From contig CBDCCK010000002.1 of the NCBI GenBank assembly GCA_965214835.1, positions 1,088,001-1,152,000 on the forward strand: 64,000 nucleotides of DNA. The letters run 5' to 3'. Below the pieces are notes generated by a model. That model was given only the letters and a program-made list of their open reading frames with translations, had not been told where the DNA came from and made no database searches. This DNA is from Nitrosopumilaceae archaeon (lineage in GTDB: Archaea > Thermoproteota > Nitrososphaeria > Nitrososphaerales > Nitrosopumilaceae). Below are positions 9,466 to 19,386 of the stretch, piece after piece (position 1 is the first letter of the stretch; every line of letters begins with the position of its first letter). The position numbers were made by a program, and so were the translations under genes.

Positions 9466-10134
9466 TAGTAATCCCCCCACCCCAAAAGCTGGGTTCTTGT
9501 CACGTTGACTATCAACCCGTATTCCTTGGAATATTCAATTTTCTTTTTATCAGATCTCGGATCAAGGTAATGGTATGGATATCCCCTCAAGTTTTCCTTG
9601 ACTGACTTTGAAATGCCACCTTCTAATTCCAAGATATCTAGCAGGTATCCTGGCCTCCGTAGCACCACACTGATTTTTACCTTTTTTGGTAACAGCTCGG
9701 GCTCTGGAAGTTGTTCCTGATTTCAGGCACGAATCTGCCCAAGAGGGATCTTCAAGGTGGCAAAACTCACACCTGAACTTCCAGAGCCCGAGCTGTTACC
9801 TTTTTTGCCATTTCTAGGAGCTTTTGCCAGTCTAGCTCACCTCTTACATTCCATATTGCCTTGGCAACCTCTGGAATTCCACCGCAGTATTCTGGATGCA
9901 TTAGTCCATCCACTATCGTTTTTTCCTTGCTAGATATGCTGAATTTTGTCCTATTGGACTCCTCCTCGGTGAACCCAAAGAATTTTTTCCTTGATAGCGT
10001 TACAAACTCGTATCTCTGATTTCCAAACCCTATGACTCGCCTCTTTTTTCTTTTCGGCGTTGCCACAAAAACCGTATGTAGAATCTGCTCGGTCATTCCC
10101 CAGAAACTCATCGCGGTCCAAAATCCGACATAAT
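9465..10134 (-). pseudogene. AbiEi-type type IV antitoxin, interrupted and 5'-truncated
   Basis: YVGFWTAMSFWGMTEQ, SSKEKTIVDGL.HPEYCGGI.EV, RR.GYLL; split by MITE 9689-9799. Confidence 0.85.
9689..9799. mobile_element. IS66-type MITE family C, copy 2
   Basis: Perfect TIR GTAACAGCTCGGGCTCTGGAAGTT; 8-bp TSD CTTTTTTG. Confidence 0.92.
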
Positions 10135-10150
10135 AGACTTTATGCGTAAT
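10135..10150. repeat. Lone TIR of 80-bp MITE family B
   Basis: AGACTTTATGCGTAAT at the abiEi truncation point. Confidence 0.75.
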
Positions 10151-10155
10151 TAGAC

Positions 10156-10247
10156 GTATGTGGTCACGTCCCCTTGTTAGCTAGGCACGAAAATCACAAT
10201 CATGCATCTAATTCGTGCCTGACTGATGGGGGTAGGTGGCCTCGTAC
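10156..10247. mobile_element. 92-bp MITE family E, copy 1
   Basis: Ends GTATGTGGTCAC...GTGGCCTCGTAC; 8-bp TSD AATTAGAC; homolog at 33517-33608. Confidence 0.9.
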
Positions 10248-10291
10248 AATTAGACTGTTGAACACATGATAAAAACGCCCCCGCCGTAGCC

Positions 10292-10418
10292 AGGGTGATG
10301 GATCAACCCCTCGTTATGCATGTGCTTCGCGCACTACCTGTTGAATGGGGATATCCGAGCTGCTGTTCCTGTGCTACGCGCACTGATGGATGAATGCAGC
10401 TTCTGATCTGTCAAACCA
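10292..10418 (+). ncRNA. Putative bridge (seek) RNA of the IS110 element
   Basis: Outer stem 10296-10305/10404-10413 encloses two repeated guide-hairpin-guide arms whose guides match the element junctions. Confidence 0.8.
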
Positions 10419-10445
10419 TATCCAAAAGGAGGTGAAAGAAAAGGA

Positions 10446-11521
10446 TTGAGAAGCATAGGAATAGACATTGGAAAGAGAAAATGCGGTGTGCGTCATCGAC
10501 GCCAAGGGACACGTGCTAGAGGAGGGCTCGTATAACAACACGTACAAGGAGGCATCAAAGCTTGCTGCACGACTGAAAAAAGAGTACAAAAAGTGCTAGG
10601 CCGCGTGCGAGTCAACGGGCAACATGTGGCTAAAGACGTTCAGGGCGTTTGAGGATCAGCATATCCCCATACTGCTTGCAAACACCCTCAAGATGAAGAT
10701 AGTATCAGAGACCAGCGCAAAGACCGACCCGATAGACGCAAGGAAGATAGCCGACACGCTCAGGGCCGGAATGATACCACGATGCTACGTGGCATCAGCA
10801 GAGCTGAGGGATGTCAGGGAGCTGATGAGGTACAGGATACGGATGGTACAGGAGAGGACCGCAGTCATAAACGGGCTGCACAGCTTGGCTTGACAAGTAC
10901 GACATAGCCATAGATGCATCCACGATGTACTCCAAGAAGGCCATACGGAAGATCTCCGATACCAGGCTGAACATGCCAAACGATGACAGGATACTGGCAA
11001 GCTGCACTAGGAGGATTGCATCAGTTACAGAGGAGATAGACCAAGCAGGGGAGGACATAGGAAGACAGGCAGGATCGAACGAGGATGCCAAGCTGCTGTT
11101 GAGCATGACGGGAATAGACACCTTTGCAGCAATGCTGCTGATAGCAGAGATCGGTGACATAACCAGGTTTCCATCGCCGAACCAGCTTGTGTCCTGGGCC
11201 GGCATGTGTCCCCGGGTGTACCAGTCGGGGGAACGCGAGTACCACGGCCACATGAAAAAGGATGCAAACCGCAGGATCAACTGGCTGATGATCCAGATAG
11301 CCAACGTCGCCGTACAGCACGACGACAGGATGAGGGAGTTCTACGAGAGGGTCCGCAAAAGGAACGGCAACAACCACGTCATAGCGATAACGCATGTTGC
11401 AAACAAGATGCTCAGGATAATCTGGCACATGCTGACGACAAAGACTGCGTATTCATCGCGCAATGCTGTCCTGTACGACAAGAAGATCAAGAGGGTGACA
11501 GAACTGGCGGGAACGGCATAG
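10446..11521 (+). pseudogene. IS110-family DEDD recombinase, three lesions
   Basis: IGID, CEST, KTDPIDA and YQSG motifs; GGAGGTG RBS; frameshift near 10485, TAG at 10597-10599, frameshift near 10890. Confidence 0.92.
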
Positions 11522-11755
11522 GATTACCACCTTCCATCCCCCACCCACCCAATGATCCGCCCGCACCTCGGCAGGTGCGACAGGACTGGCTCGTGCGTAT
11601 TGCTAGCGTTAGCTATAAAGCACGGCCCGGCCGACTAGGCACGGATCAGAAGACGAAAGGAACGTCGCCATGTTACTGGCGGGCGTTTTACCATGGATGC
11701 ATAACTCCGACTAGAGCCCAGCCAATTCTTCCGGATCACTACCGGCGCTCGGTTC

Positions 11756-12403
11756 CTACACGGCAGCCACCGCCTCTGCGATCCACTTGTTGTACAGCCA
11801 TATCCTCAACTTTACCTCCTGTACTATATTGGACCACTTGAGGGCCTTTACGTCCTCGCCGAACATGCGCTTTATGGCCGATATCACGATCTCGACGATC
11901 CATCTGATGCCAAAGCCGACCGTGCTCTTCGGGTACCGCAGGTTCTCCTGCCCCTCCTCCTTTGATAGGCTGCCCACCTGCTCCTCGGGACCGCCCCCGA
12001 GCTGCCATCGCACCAGCCGGCCCCACTTGTCGCCGGTGCCCCTGCCCTTTGCATTGCAGCTTGTCAAGAGCCGTATGAGTGGCCTTATGCCTCGCTTGTG
12101 GCACTCGGCTACGTTCTTCCTTGAACCGTATCCGCCGTCTGCAAGCATAATCTTGCCCGGCATGTCCTGGTTCTCGCCGGTGCCGAGCCGCGCCAGCGGC
12201 GATGTCCCGTCTGCAAGCATGTTGGGGATCTTGACTGCGTCCGCGCTGTCGGTGCAGTTTTTCTCCTCTTCCTTGATGTTCCTGGACGCCTCATCAAGCA
12301 ATTCGTAAGAGTTTGCCCCTTGTGCGATACTGCCGGCCGGGGTCTTGATCACCATATTCTTCACACCGCATCCCGGGGCGAGCCAGTTCGTCGTGTATGT
12401 CAT
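11756..12403 (-). pseudogene. IS5-family (IS903-like) transposase, 5'-deleted
   Basis: LADGGYGSRKN and RWIVEIVISAIKRMFGE motifs; N-terminal half missing. Confidence 0.8.
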
Positions 12404-12451
12404 CGGCGCCTAGATCGGCCAAGCTCGATGACACGCTTGCAGCGGTGGCCC

Positions 12452-12532
12452 GTAAGGATTTGCCCCCTCCAGAAGATATGACATGGTGATCAAGGCCTTG
12501 GTCTGCAGTGTAGTATAGGGGCAAACTCTTAC
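12452..12532. mobile_element. IS66-type MITE family F copy
   Basis: GTAAGGATTTGCCCCCT...AGGGGCAAACTCTTAC, like the TIRs of IS66 27252-28874; no TSD seen. Confidence 0.7.
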
Positions 12533-12621
12533 GAATCCTCCCACGTTGGCGAGGTCATGGTATCTGGGGTCGGGCGTCTGCCCGTTTTGCCGCCTGTAGA
12601 TTTTTGCGTATATTATAAAGG

Positions 12622-14808
12622 CTACCTGTAGTAAGAGGCGACGAGTTTTTCCCCTATCTTGAGATCCTTTTGCTCTCTGACCTTCTTTACGGCCTCTTCA
12701 AAGTTCTTCATTTTTACCTCTGCACCCTTGGTGGTCTTTTCGATTTCCTTGATCTCTGGATGGCTATCGAGGAACTCGTGGATGACCAGTGACACGGCCG
12801 TGTTTGCAATTGCCGCAACGTCCGCACCGCTCAGTCCGTCCGTCATTTCTGCCAGCTTGTCAAAGTCCACATGTTCTTCCTTGCTTGGATCAGTGACTGC
12901 TGGAATCTCCTTTGCATTGATCTCCAGTATCCTCTTCCTGCTTTCCTTGTCTGGCAGCGGAATCTGGATGATCTTATCAAACCTGCCCGGGCGCAAGAGT
13001 GCTGGATCAATCATGTCTGCCCTGTTTGTCGCTGCAAGGACTACGACCCCGTGCATGTTTTCCATCCCGTCCAGCTCCGTCAGTAGCTGGCTTACGACCC
13101 TCTCAGTAACGGCCGTCTCGCCGCCTGCTCCCCTGACTGGCGCAATCGAGTCTATCTCGTCAAAGAATACGACACATGGAGCAGACTGTCTTGCGCGTTT
13201 GAAAATTTCCCTGATTCCCCGCTCTGACTCTCCTACCCACTTTGAGAGCAGTTCAGGGCCTCTTACGGACACAAAGTTTGCCTCGCTTTGCGTGGCCACG
13301 GCCTTTGCCAGCAGGGTCTTGCCTGTCCCGCTTGTCCCGTGCAAAAGGATTCCACGCGGCATCTTGTGTCCCAGCTTGTCGTACAGTCCCGGATACTTCA
13401 TGGGCCACTCGACTGCCTCCTGGAGCTCCTTTTTTACGTCCTCTAATCCGCCGACATCCTCCCACTTTACGTCCGGATTCTCGATGAACACCTCCCTCAT
13501 TCCGGATGGCGTTACCTCGATTATGGCCTTTTGAAAGTCGTCTGAGTTTACAATCAGCTTGTCCAAGGTTTCGGGTGGTATCTTCTCATCCTCGAGGTTT
13601 AGCTCCGGCAGCAGCCTTCTCAGGCATTTCATGGCCGCCTCCTTGCACAGGTACTCCAAATCCGCGCCTACGTATCCGTGGCTGATTGCCGCCACCTTGT
13701 CCATGTTCACCTCGTCTGACAGCGGCATGTTTCTTGTATGGATTGCAAGAATGTCCTTGCGGCCCTTTTTGTCCGGAACCTTGATCTCAATCTCCCTGTC
13801 AAACCTGCCCGGACGCCTTAGTGCGGGATCAATTGCATTTGGCCTGTTTGTCGCCGAGATCACCACGACCTTGCCCCTTGCCTCCAGACCGTCCATCAAG
13901 GATAGCATCTGTGATACGACCCTTCTTTCCACCTCGCCGGTAACCTCCTCCCTTTTTGGCGCAATGGAATCTATCTCGTCTACGAAAATAATCGAAGGCG
14001 CCTTTTCCCTTGCCTCCTTGAAAATCTCCCTCAGTCTTGCCTCGCTCTCTCCGTAGAACTTTGACATGATTTCGGGACCTGATATGCTAATAAAGTGGGC
14101 ATTGCTTTCGTTTGCAACGGCCTTTGCCAGCAGGGTCTTGCCGGTTCCGGGCGGGCCGTACAACAGAACCCCCTTTGGTGCCTCGATTCCAAGCTTTTCA
14201 AATATCTCCGGATGGCGCAGTGGCAGCTCAATCATCTCCCTTACCTTTTTAATTTCATCTGTCAGCCCCCCGATGTCCTCATAGGTGACCTGTGGGACGC
14301 CCCTTAGCGTCTCGCCTTTTTCTGCAATATGGAATACCGTCTTTTGGGTGACTAGGACTGCGTCAGCTGCAGGCGTCACGCCAATGACCTGGAAGGTCAG
14401 CCTTCCGCCAAAGTACGGCACCATGACATTGTCCCCCTTGATCAGGGGAACGCTTTCTAGTGCGTCAGCAAGGTATCTCTCATCTATCGGCGGGATCGCC
14501 TCTAGTGGAGCAACCACTATTTTTTCAGCAGCGACTGCCTTTATTTTTCTAACCGAAATTGTATCCCCTATTGCTATGCCTGAGTTGTTTCTACCTAGTC
14601 CGTCAATCCTAATGATTCCCTTGCCCTCATCTGACGGATATAGCGGAAGGCATTTTGCAACGGTTCTCCTCTTTCCCTTGATCTCAATAACATCGCCTGT
14701 GGAGGCATTTAGGGTATCCATGGAGTCATAATCAATTCTTGCGACCCCCCTGCCTACATCCCTGGTGTATGCCTCTAGGACCTTGAGGGAGAGGGCGTTT
14801 TGACTCAT
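12622..14808 (-). CDS. cdc48: CDC48/VCP-family AAA+ ATPase
   Basis: N domain plus two AAA modules ([16 protein letters not shown]), RPGRFD. Confidence 0.97.
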   Translation of the reverse strand: MSQNALSLKVLEAYTRDVGRGVARIDYDSMDTLNASTGDVIEIKGKRRTVAKCLPLYPSDEGKGIIRIDGLGRNNSGIAIGDTISVRKIKAVAAEKIVVAPLEAIPPIDERYLADALESVPLIKGDNVMVPYFGGRLTFQVIGVTPAADAVLVTQKTVFHIAEKGETLRGVPQVTYEDIGGLTDEIKKVREMIELPLRHPEIFEKLGIEAPKGVLLYGPPGTGKTLLAKAVANESNAHFISISGPEIMSKFYGESEARLREIFKEAREKAPSIIFVDEIDSIAPKREEVTGEVERRVVSQMLSLMDGLEARGKVVVISATNRPNAIDPALRRPGRFDREIEIKVPDKKGRKDILAIHTRNMPLSDEVNMDKVAAISHGYVGADLEYLCKEAAMKCLRRLLPELNLEDEKIPPETLDKLIVNSDDFQKAIIEVTPSGMREVFIENPDVKWEDVGGLEDVKKELQEAVEWPMKYPGLYDKLGHKMPRGILLHGTSGTGKTLLAKAVATQSEANFVSVRGPELLSKWVGESERGIREIFKRARQSAPCVVFFDEIDSIAPVRGAGGETAVTERVVSQLLTELDGMENMHGVVVLAATNRADMIDPALLRPGRFDKIIQIPLPDKESRKRILEINAKEIPAVTDPSKEEHVDFDKLAEMTDGLSGADVAAIANTAVSLVIHEFLDSHPEIKEIEKTTKGAEVKMKNFEEAVKKVREQKDLKIGEKLVASYYR

Positions 14809-14855
14809 ACAAAAATGGTCTTTGGCTAATTTTTATATCTTTGGCGCTTCCAAAC

Positions 14856-14944
14856 GCAAGAGTTTGACCCCTCCAAAAGATACCGGGTGGGGGGCATTGG
14901 TGATCAAGGCCCTGACAGGCACTCGCCTGGGGGCAAGCTCTTTC
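14856..14944. mobile_element. IS66-type MITE family F, degenerate copy
   Basis: GCAAGAGTTTGACCCCTCC...GGGGCAAGCTCTTTC; shares internal TGGTGATCAAGGCC with 12452-12532. Confidence 0.6.
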
Positions 14945-15130
14945 CAGCTGAGCAAAATGTGCTGAAAAACCGGGCAAAAACCGAATCTGGGCAAGAAGCA
15001 GGCGCCTCAAGTCATGCCAGTGACAAGTCAAAAGCAGCAATTCCGGCCACGCCTCACTTGCCGCCTCAGGATCGCTTGCGCGCTGCCAACCATAAGCTTA
15101 AAATCGGAAGGATTGTGACCGTCGATCTAC

Positions 15131-15862
15131 ATGGGAAAGAGACCGCTGGTTAGAAGACGCGGCCGTGGAGGCATGCAGTTTAGGGTATCTGCGACCGGCA
15201 AGGTGGCAGATGCCAAGTATCCAAGCTATCCACTCTCCGAGCAGCATGAGGGAAAAATAGTCGATCTTGTACATGAGCGAGGCCGTGACGCCCCCCTCGC
15301 AAAGGTCAGGTTTGAGGACGGCTCAATCTCGTTTGTTCCTGCCGTCATTGGAACAAAGGTAGGCACTGTCATGCAGTTTGGCCTAAAATCAAAAATCGAG
15401 GACGGAAACGTGATTAGCGTCCAAAACATTCCAGATGGCACGGTCGTCTGCAACGTAGAGCGGCATTTCTGCGATGGCGGCGCAATTGTCAAGTCTGCAG
15501 GAACAAGCGCAACTGTCTTCTCACATGGGGAGGACGGGGTGACTGTAAAGCTGCCTTCTGGCAAGTTCATCACACTGAATCCCAAAAACCGCGCAATGAT
15601 CGGCTCCCTGTCCGGCGGCGGCGCGTCTGAGAGGCCGCTGATGAGCGCGGGTGGAAAATGGAGGAAATTCCGCGCACGGGGCAGAAAGTACCCAATAGTC
15701 AGAGGCGTCGCACAGGCAGCCTACGTTCACCCGCATGGCGGTGGACGGCACCAGCACGTCGGCCAGAGCTCAACCGTATCCAGGGACACTCCTCCGGGCG
15801 CCAAGGTGGGAAGTATTGCTGCAAGAAAGACCGGAAGGGCCAGAATCAAAGATAGAAGGTAG
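15131..15862 (+). CDS. rpl2: 50S ribosomal protein uL2
   Basis: MGKR..VRRRGRG, VRGVAQAAYVHPHGGG. Confidence 0.97.
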   Translation: MGKRPLVRRRGRGGMQFRVSATGKVADAKYPSYPLSEQHEGKIVDLVHERGRDAPLAKVRFEDGSISFVPAVIGTKVGTVMQFGLKSKIEDGNVISVQNIPDGTVVCNVERHFCDGGAIVKSAGTSATVFSHGEDGVTVKLPSGKFITLNPKNRAMIGSLSGGGASERPLMSAGGKWRKFRARGRKYPIVRGVAQAAYVHPHGGGRHQHVGQSSTVSRDTPPGAKVGSIAARKTGRARIKDRR

Positions 15863-15905
15863 CCCAGCCTAAAATTGATTAATAGCTTTTCAAGAATTCC
15901 TTTGG

Positions 15906-16181
15906 ATGGCACAGCGAATACACCTGTTTGTAACCGGCAAGGTGCAGGGGGTTTTCTTCAGACAGGCGTTAAAAGTTATGGCAAGGAGAAACAATGTCCT
16001 CGGATGGGTCAAGAATCTCAAAGACGGCCGCGTTGAGGCCATTTTGGAGGGCGAGGATCTTAATGTCAGCAAGGTAGTCGAGTGGGCGCACGCGGGTCCG
16101 GCAAATGCCAGGGTGGAGGACGTCGAGATTAGAAATGAGGACTATGCTGGCGAGTTCACAAAGTTTGACGTGCTGTACTAG
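15906..16181 (+). CDS. acyP: Acylphosphatase
   Basis: GKVQGVFFR, GWVKNL.DG.VE. Confidence 0.95.
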   Translation: MAQRIHLFVTGKVQGVFFRQALKVMARRNNVLGWVKNLKDGRVEAILEGEDLNVSKVVEWAHAGPANARVEDVEIRNEDYAGEFTKFDVLY

Positions 16182-16510
16182 CGTATGGTCTCTAGCGCCT
16201 CCTTTATCACCGGCTTTATCCTTTCAAAATCCTCCTGCGATGAGACCTTGGCCATGCCGAGCGGATCCTTGCGGCCTTTCTGAATCTTAATCACAACCAG
16301 ATCCCCCTCGGGCGCAACGTCTGCAAACCATCTAAGCGTGATCGACTTGCAAAATACAATCCTGTGCATTCTTACATCCTCCACCACGTTGTCTGCCAGT
16401 CCCAGGCAGTAATCCCTGATCAAATCGTACAGCGGCTGTATTTTTTCTGGGACTTGTTTTTTAAAGTCATCATAGCTTCTCCTGCTTCCAAACGAGACCA
16501 GTCCTGTCAT
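16178..16510 (-). CDS. Conserved hypothetical protein (DUF5655-like fold possible)
   Basis: 110-aa ORF with typical composition, convergent with acyP. Confidence 0.7.
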   Translation of the reverse strand: MTGLVSFGSRRSYDDFKKQVPEKIQPLYDLIRDYCLGLADNVVEDVRMHRIVFCKSITLRWFADVAPEGDLVVIKIQKGRKDPLGMAKVSSQEDFERIKPVIKEALETIR

Positions 16511-16540
16511 AAGACAGTTCTTTGAAATTAGTATATAGTA

Positions 16541-16851
16541 GTAGCCCTACTGGTTCCGATCCAGACCGGTGACCCCATTTCAGGGCGTACAAGATCCGCC
16601 ACGTTGACGAAGAAGCGTGGATGCCCCACCTTAGGATTGCTCCCTCCCGGACCTCGTCCCTTTCGATGGCTCAGTCTTGAAAGTTATCCCTTCGGATAAT
16701 TCCAGTCTTGCAACCACCCGCTTCGGCGTGATTTCATTTCCGCACGCCAAGCGGGAATCACCCTTCTAGAGATTTACCCAGTAGTTACTGATCTCTGCAT
16801 ATAGCCGGTTTCAGAACAGGGCACGGCTGGCGCCCCGATCCTACCTACTAC
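16541..16851 (-). ncRNA. ffs: Archaeal SRP (7S) RNA; ends approximate
   Basis: Minus strand has the helix-8 motif AGGTCCGGGAGGGAGCA and a helix-6-like hairpin TTATCCGAAGGGATAA; about 300 nt non-coding. Confidence 0.9.
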
Positions 16852-16883
16852 CAGAAACCCTACAACGTATTGTTATATTTGCA

Positions 16884-17798
16884 TTAGGCCTGTTTTCCCT
16901 TAAATTTGGACACGGTACTGCATACCGAGCAGATTTTTCCCGTACACTGTGCCCCACAGCTCCGGCATCTTGTTTTTGCCTTGGAATCTGCCTCCCTGAC
17001 AATCCCTGAAATCTTTACAACCGAGTTGTACAGGTTGTTTTTAATTCCCACATGCTGTCCCTCCAGCGAGTTTAGGAACTGGCGAATCTCTGTCCTGATT
17101 CCCTCGCCCATGTGCGGACATGGCTCTGTCTGGAAGGGTATTTGGTTTGCAAATGCATAAAAGACAATCTCGGACTCGTAGATTTCTGAAAACGGCTTGA
17201 TTTTTCTCAAGACGGGATTTTCTGCATCCGGACTCATCCGGCCGATCTTACTGACGTCCCCCGACAGCATGTTGATGAGATATGTCTGCAGGTTGTCATC
17301 CAGATTGTGTGCCGTAGCTATTACGTTTGCCCCGATTTCCATTGCCGCATGATCCATTGCGCGCCGTCTCAGCGTGCCGCAAATCGAGCATGACGAGGTT
17401 TTTTCACCCCCCCTTTGTCCCAGTGCCTCCTCCAGTGTCAGCTCAAACAGTCCCTTGTATGAAAAAACACCGTGCTTGACCCCGAGCTTCCCACAGTATT
17501 CCCCTGCAATTTCCAGCGCCTCATTGCGATATCCGGGTATGCCCTCATCTATTGTGACTGCGTGGATTCTAAAATTGTGTGATTTTGACATCTGATCTAG
17601 AATATGCAGCAGTGCAAGCGAGTCCTTGCCGCCTGAAACGGCGACGGCTACCAGATCACCGCCCCTTATCATCCTGTGCTTTGAAATTGTTTTTGCAGTC
17701 TTTCTCATAATTGAGTCTGTAAAGCACCCGGAGCACAGGCTTTCCCCGGAATACCTCCTTGTATATGCTGCTACTTTTTCACATCTGCCGCATTGCAC
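16884..17798 (-). CDS. tRNA 2-thiolation protein (TtuA/NcsA, PP-loop)
   Basis: SGGKDS, CSICGTLRR, AHNLDD, terminal Zn fingers. Confidence 0.9.
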   Translation of the reverse strand: MQCGRCEKVAAYTRRYSGESLCSGCFTDSIMRKTAKTISKHRMIRGGDLVAVAVSGGKDSLALLHILDQMSKSHNFRIHAVTIDEGIPGYRNEALEIAGEYCGKLGVKHGVFSYKGLFELTLEEALGQRGGEKTSSCSICGTLRRRAMDHAAMEIGANVIATAHNLDDNLQTYLINMLSGDVSKIGRMSPDAENPVLRKIKPFSEIYESEIVFYAFANQIPFQTEPCPHMGEGIRTEIRQFLNSLEGQHVGIKNNLYNSVVKISGIVREADSKAKTRCRSCGAQCTGKICSVCSTVSKFKGKQA

Positions 17799-17837
17799 AA
17801 AAATCGATTCTCGCCTGTCCTTATGACTTTTTAGATG

Positions 17838-19034
17838 CTATATCGTAAACCAGCCTGACTTGATGTATGTCAGCGCAATATTGAGGCCAAATACGGCAAA
17901 CGTAAAGGCGTAGATGGACCACATGATTCTGTTGACCCCGGCCTCAGAGATCTTGTCGACTATGATGCTGTGGATAAACTTACCCCCGTCAAGAATTGGC
18001 AGGGGCAGCATGTTGATTATTCCTATGAAAAATGAAATCAGCCAGAGCCACAGCAGGTACATGGACACGTGCGGATCCCACTGTATAAAGTCATAGATTG
18101 GAGTATGGGATGTGTTGTCTCTGATAATCCCCATTCTTCCTATCTCCGGATCGTCAGGAGACGGCATTATCTCAACTGGAAACGTTATTTCCTGTCCACT
18201 GCGCAGCACCGAAACGTCTGCAGTCTGTCCGGGCAGCAGCTCTATCTCCTGGAGATCCACCCACGTATTTACTCTTGCCTCATTTATCTGCGTAATGACA
18301 TCCCCGACTGCCATTCCGGCCTTTTCAGCTCCAAACCCGCTCGTTATTTCCAGAACCTTTACCCCTTCAGGCGCTACGTAAAATGCATCCACAACCTGCT
18401 CGGGCAGCACCAGTGCAAACACCGGGTTTGTAAGCAGCAGCGCCCCAAGGGCCAGTGCAAAAATAACATTTGCCGTTGCGCCTGCCCCTATCACCCTAAG
18501 CTTTGAAATCTTTTTTGCCTTTTCAAATTCCTCCTCGTCAGGCTCTACAAATCCCGCAAAAATTGCGATAAAGACTGCAAAGCCCCCTGATTTTACCCTG
18601 ATCTTTTCTAGCGTGGCTACTATTCCGTGCGCTCCCTCGTGCACGACTAGCACGATGGGCAGCGACAGCAAAAACGCCGCAATGGCAGATCCCGAGGTCA
18701 GCGTTATTCCCGGAATAAGGACTGTCAGCTCGGCAGCCTCTGATGGGATAAAAACAAACTTGAAGATATTGTCCAGCAAGAACCAGAACGCAAAGCCCAT
18801 CATCATAAAGCCCGCAACTACGCTTACGTCGGCAAAGACGCGAATTCCCCTGCGCGTCCTGCCTAGCATGCCGGAGAGAACCGATTGGACCTGGTAGTTC
18901 TTGTAGACAAGGCTGTATGCCTTTAGCTCAAACCCCCGTTTTTCCAGCCTCAGTCCCTTGGCCACTGCCAAAACGGCGACCCAGCCAATCAGGACGTAGA
19001 TGATTGCATTTTGTGAAAGAAAATCAAGCTCCAA
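17838..19034 (-). CDS. Site-2 (M50) membrane metalloprotease with PDZ domain
   Basis: HEGAH and NMLPLPILDGG motifs. Confidence 0.93.
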   Translation of the reverse strand: MELDFLSQNAIIYVLIGWVAVLAVAKGLRLEKRGFELKAYSLVYKNYQVQSVLSGMLGRTRRGIRVFADVSVVAGFMMMGFAFWFLLDNIFKFVFIPSEAAELTVLIPGITLTSGSAIAAFLLSLPIVLVVHEGAHGIVATLEKIRVKSGGFAVFIAIFAGFVEPDEEEFEKAKKISKLRVIGAGATANVIFALALGALLLTNPVFALVLPEQVVDAFYVAPEGVKVLEITSGFGAEKAGMAVGDVITQINEARVNTWVDLQEIELLPGQTADVSVLRSGQEITFPVEIMPSPDDPEIGRMGIIRDNTSHTPIYDFIQWDPHVSMYLLWLWLISFFIGIINMLPLPILDGGKFIHSIIVDKISEAGVNRIMWSIYAFTFAVFGLNIALTYIKSGWFTI

Positions 19035-19074
19035 TTATTGCTACTTTTTTTAATTACGCCATTTATCACTTACT

Positions 19075-19386
19075 ATGAAGCCGGCAGTTGTAATCTCCAC
19101 ATTTCCCAGCAAGCGCTCCCTGACCAAGATTGCCAACCAGCTGGTCAGAGACAAAATCGTCGCATGTGTGAACTTTTTCCCGATCTCCTCAGTATATTCT
19201 TGGAGGGGCAAAATCGAAAACGAAGGCGAGTACCTAGGAATCTTCAAGACCGCACAAAAAAACAAGGATCTCCTCAAAAAGACGCTGGCAGAACTCCATC
19301 CTTATGACGTGCCTGAAATCGCAGAGATAGACGTCTCCTCCGTCAATCCGTCATACATGAGGTGGGTTCTTGGCTCCACCATCTAG
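19075..19386 (+). CDS. cutA: Divalent-cation tolerance protein CutA
   Basis: ACVN, SVYSWRG, HPYDVPEI. Confidence 0.95.
   Translation: MKPAVVISTFPSKRSLTKIANQLVRDKIVACVNFFPISSVYSWRGKIENEGEYLGIFKTAQKNKDLLKKTLAELHPYDVPEIAEIDVSSVNPSYMRWVLGSTI

Larger units (their letters stand above)
10261..11697 (+). mobile_element. IS110-family element with sub-terminal inverted repeats
   Basis: CATGATAAAAACGCCCCCGCC (10265-10285) is inverted at GGCGGGCGTTTTACCATG (11678-11695); TG core on both flanks (10259-10260, 11698-11699). Confidence 0.85.

Noticed and set aside
11592-11623. TGCGTA and ATAAAG in the IS110 right end as guides against the MITE B TIR
   Set aside because: Only 6-nt matches, partly inside a stem and with the wrong geometry on the sense strand; compatible with chance
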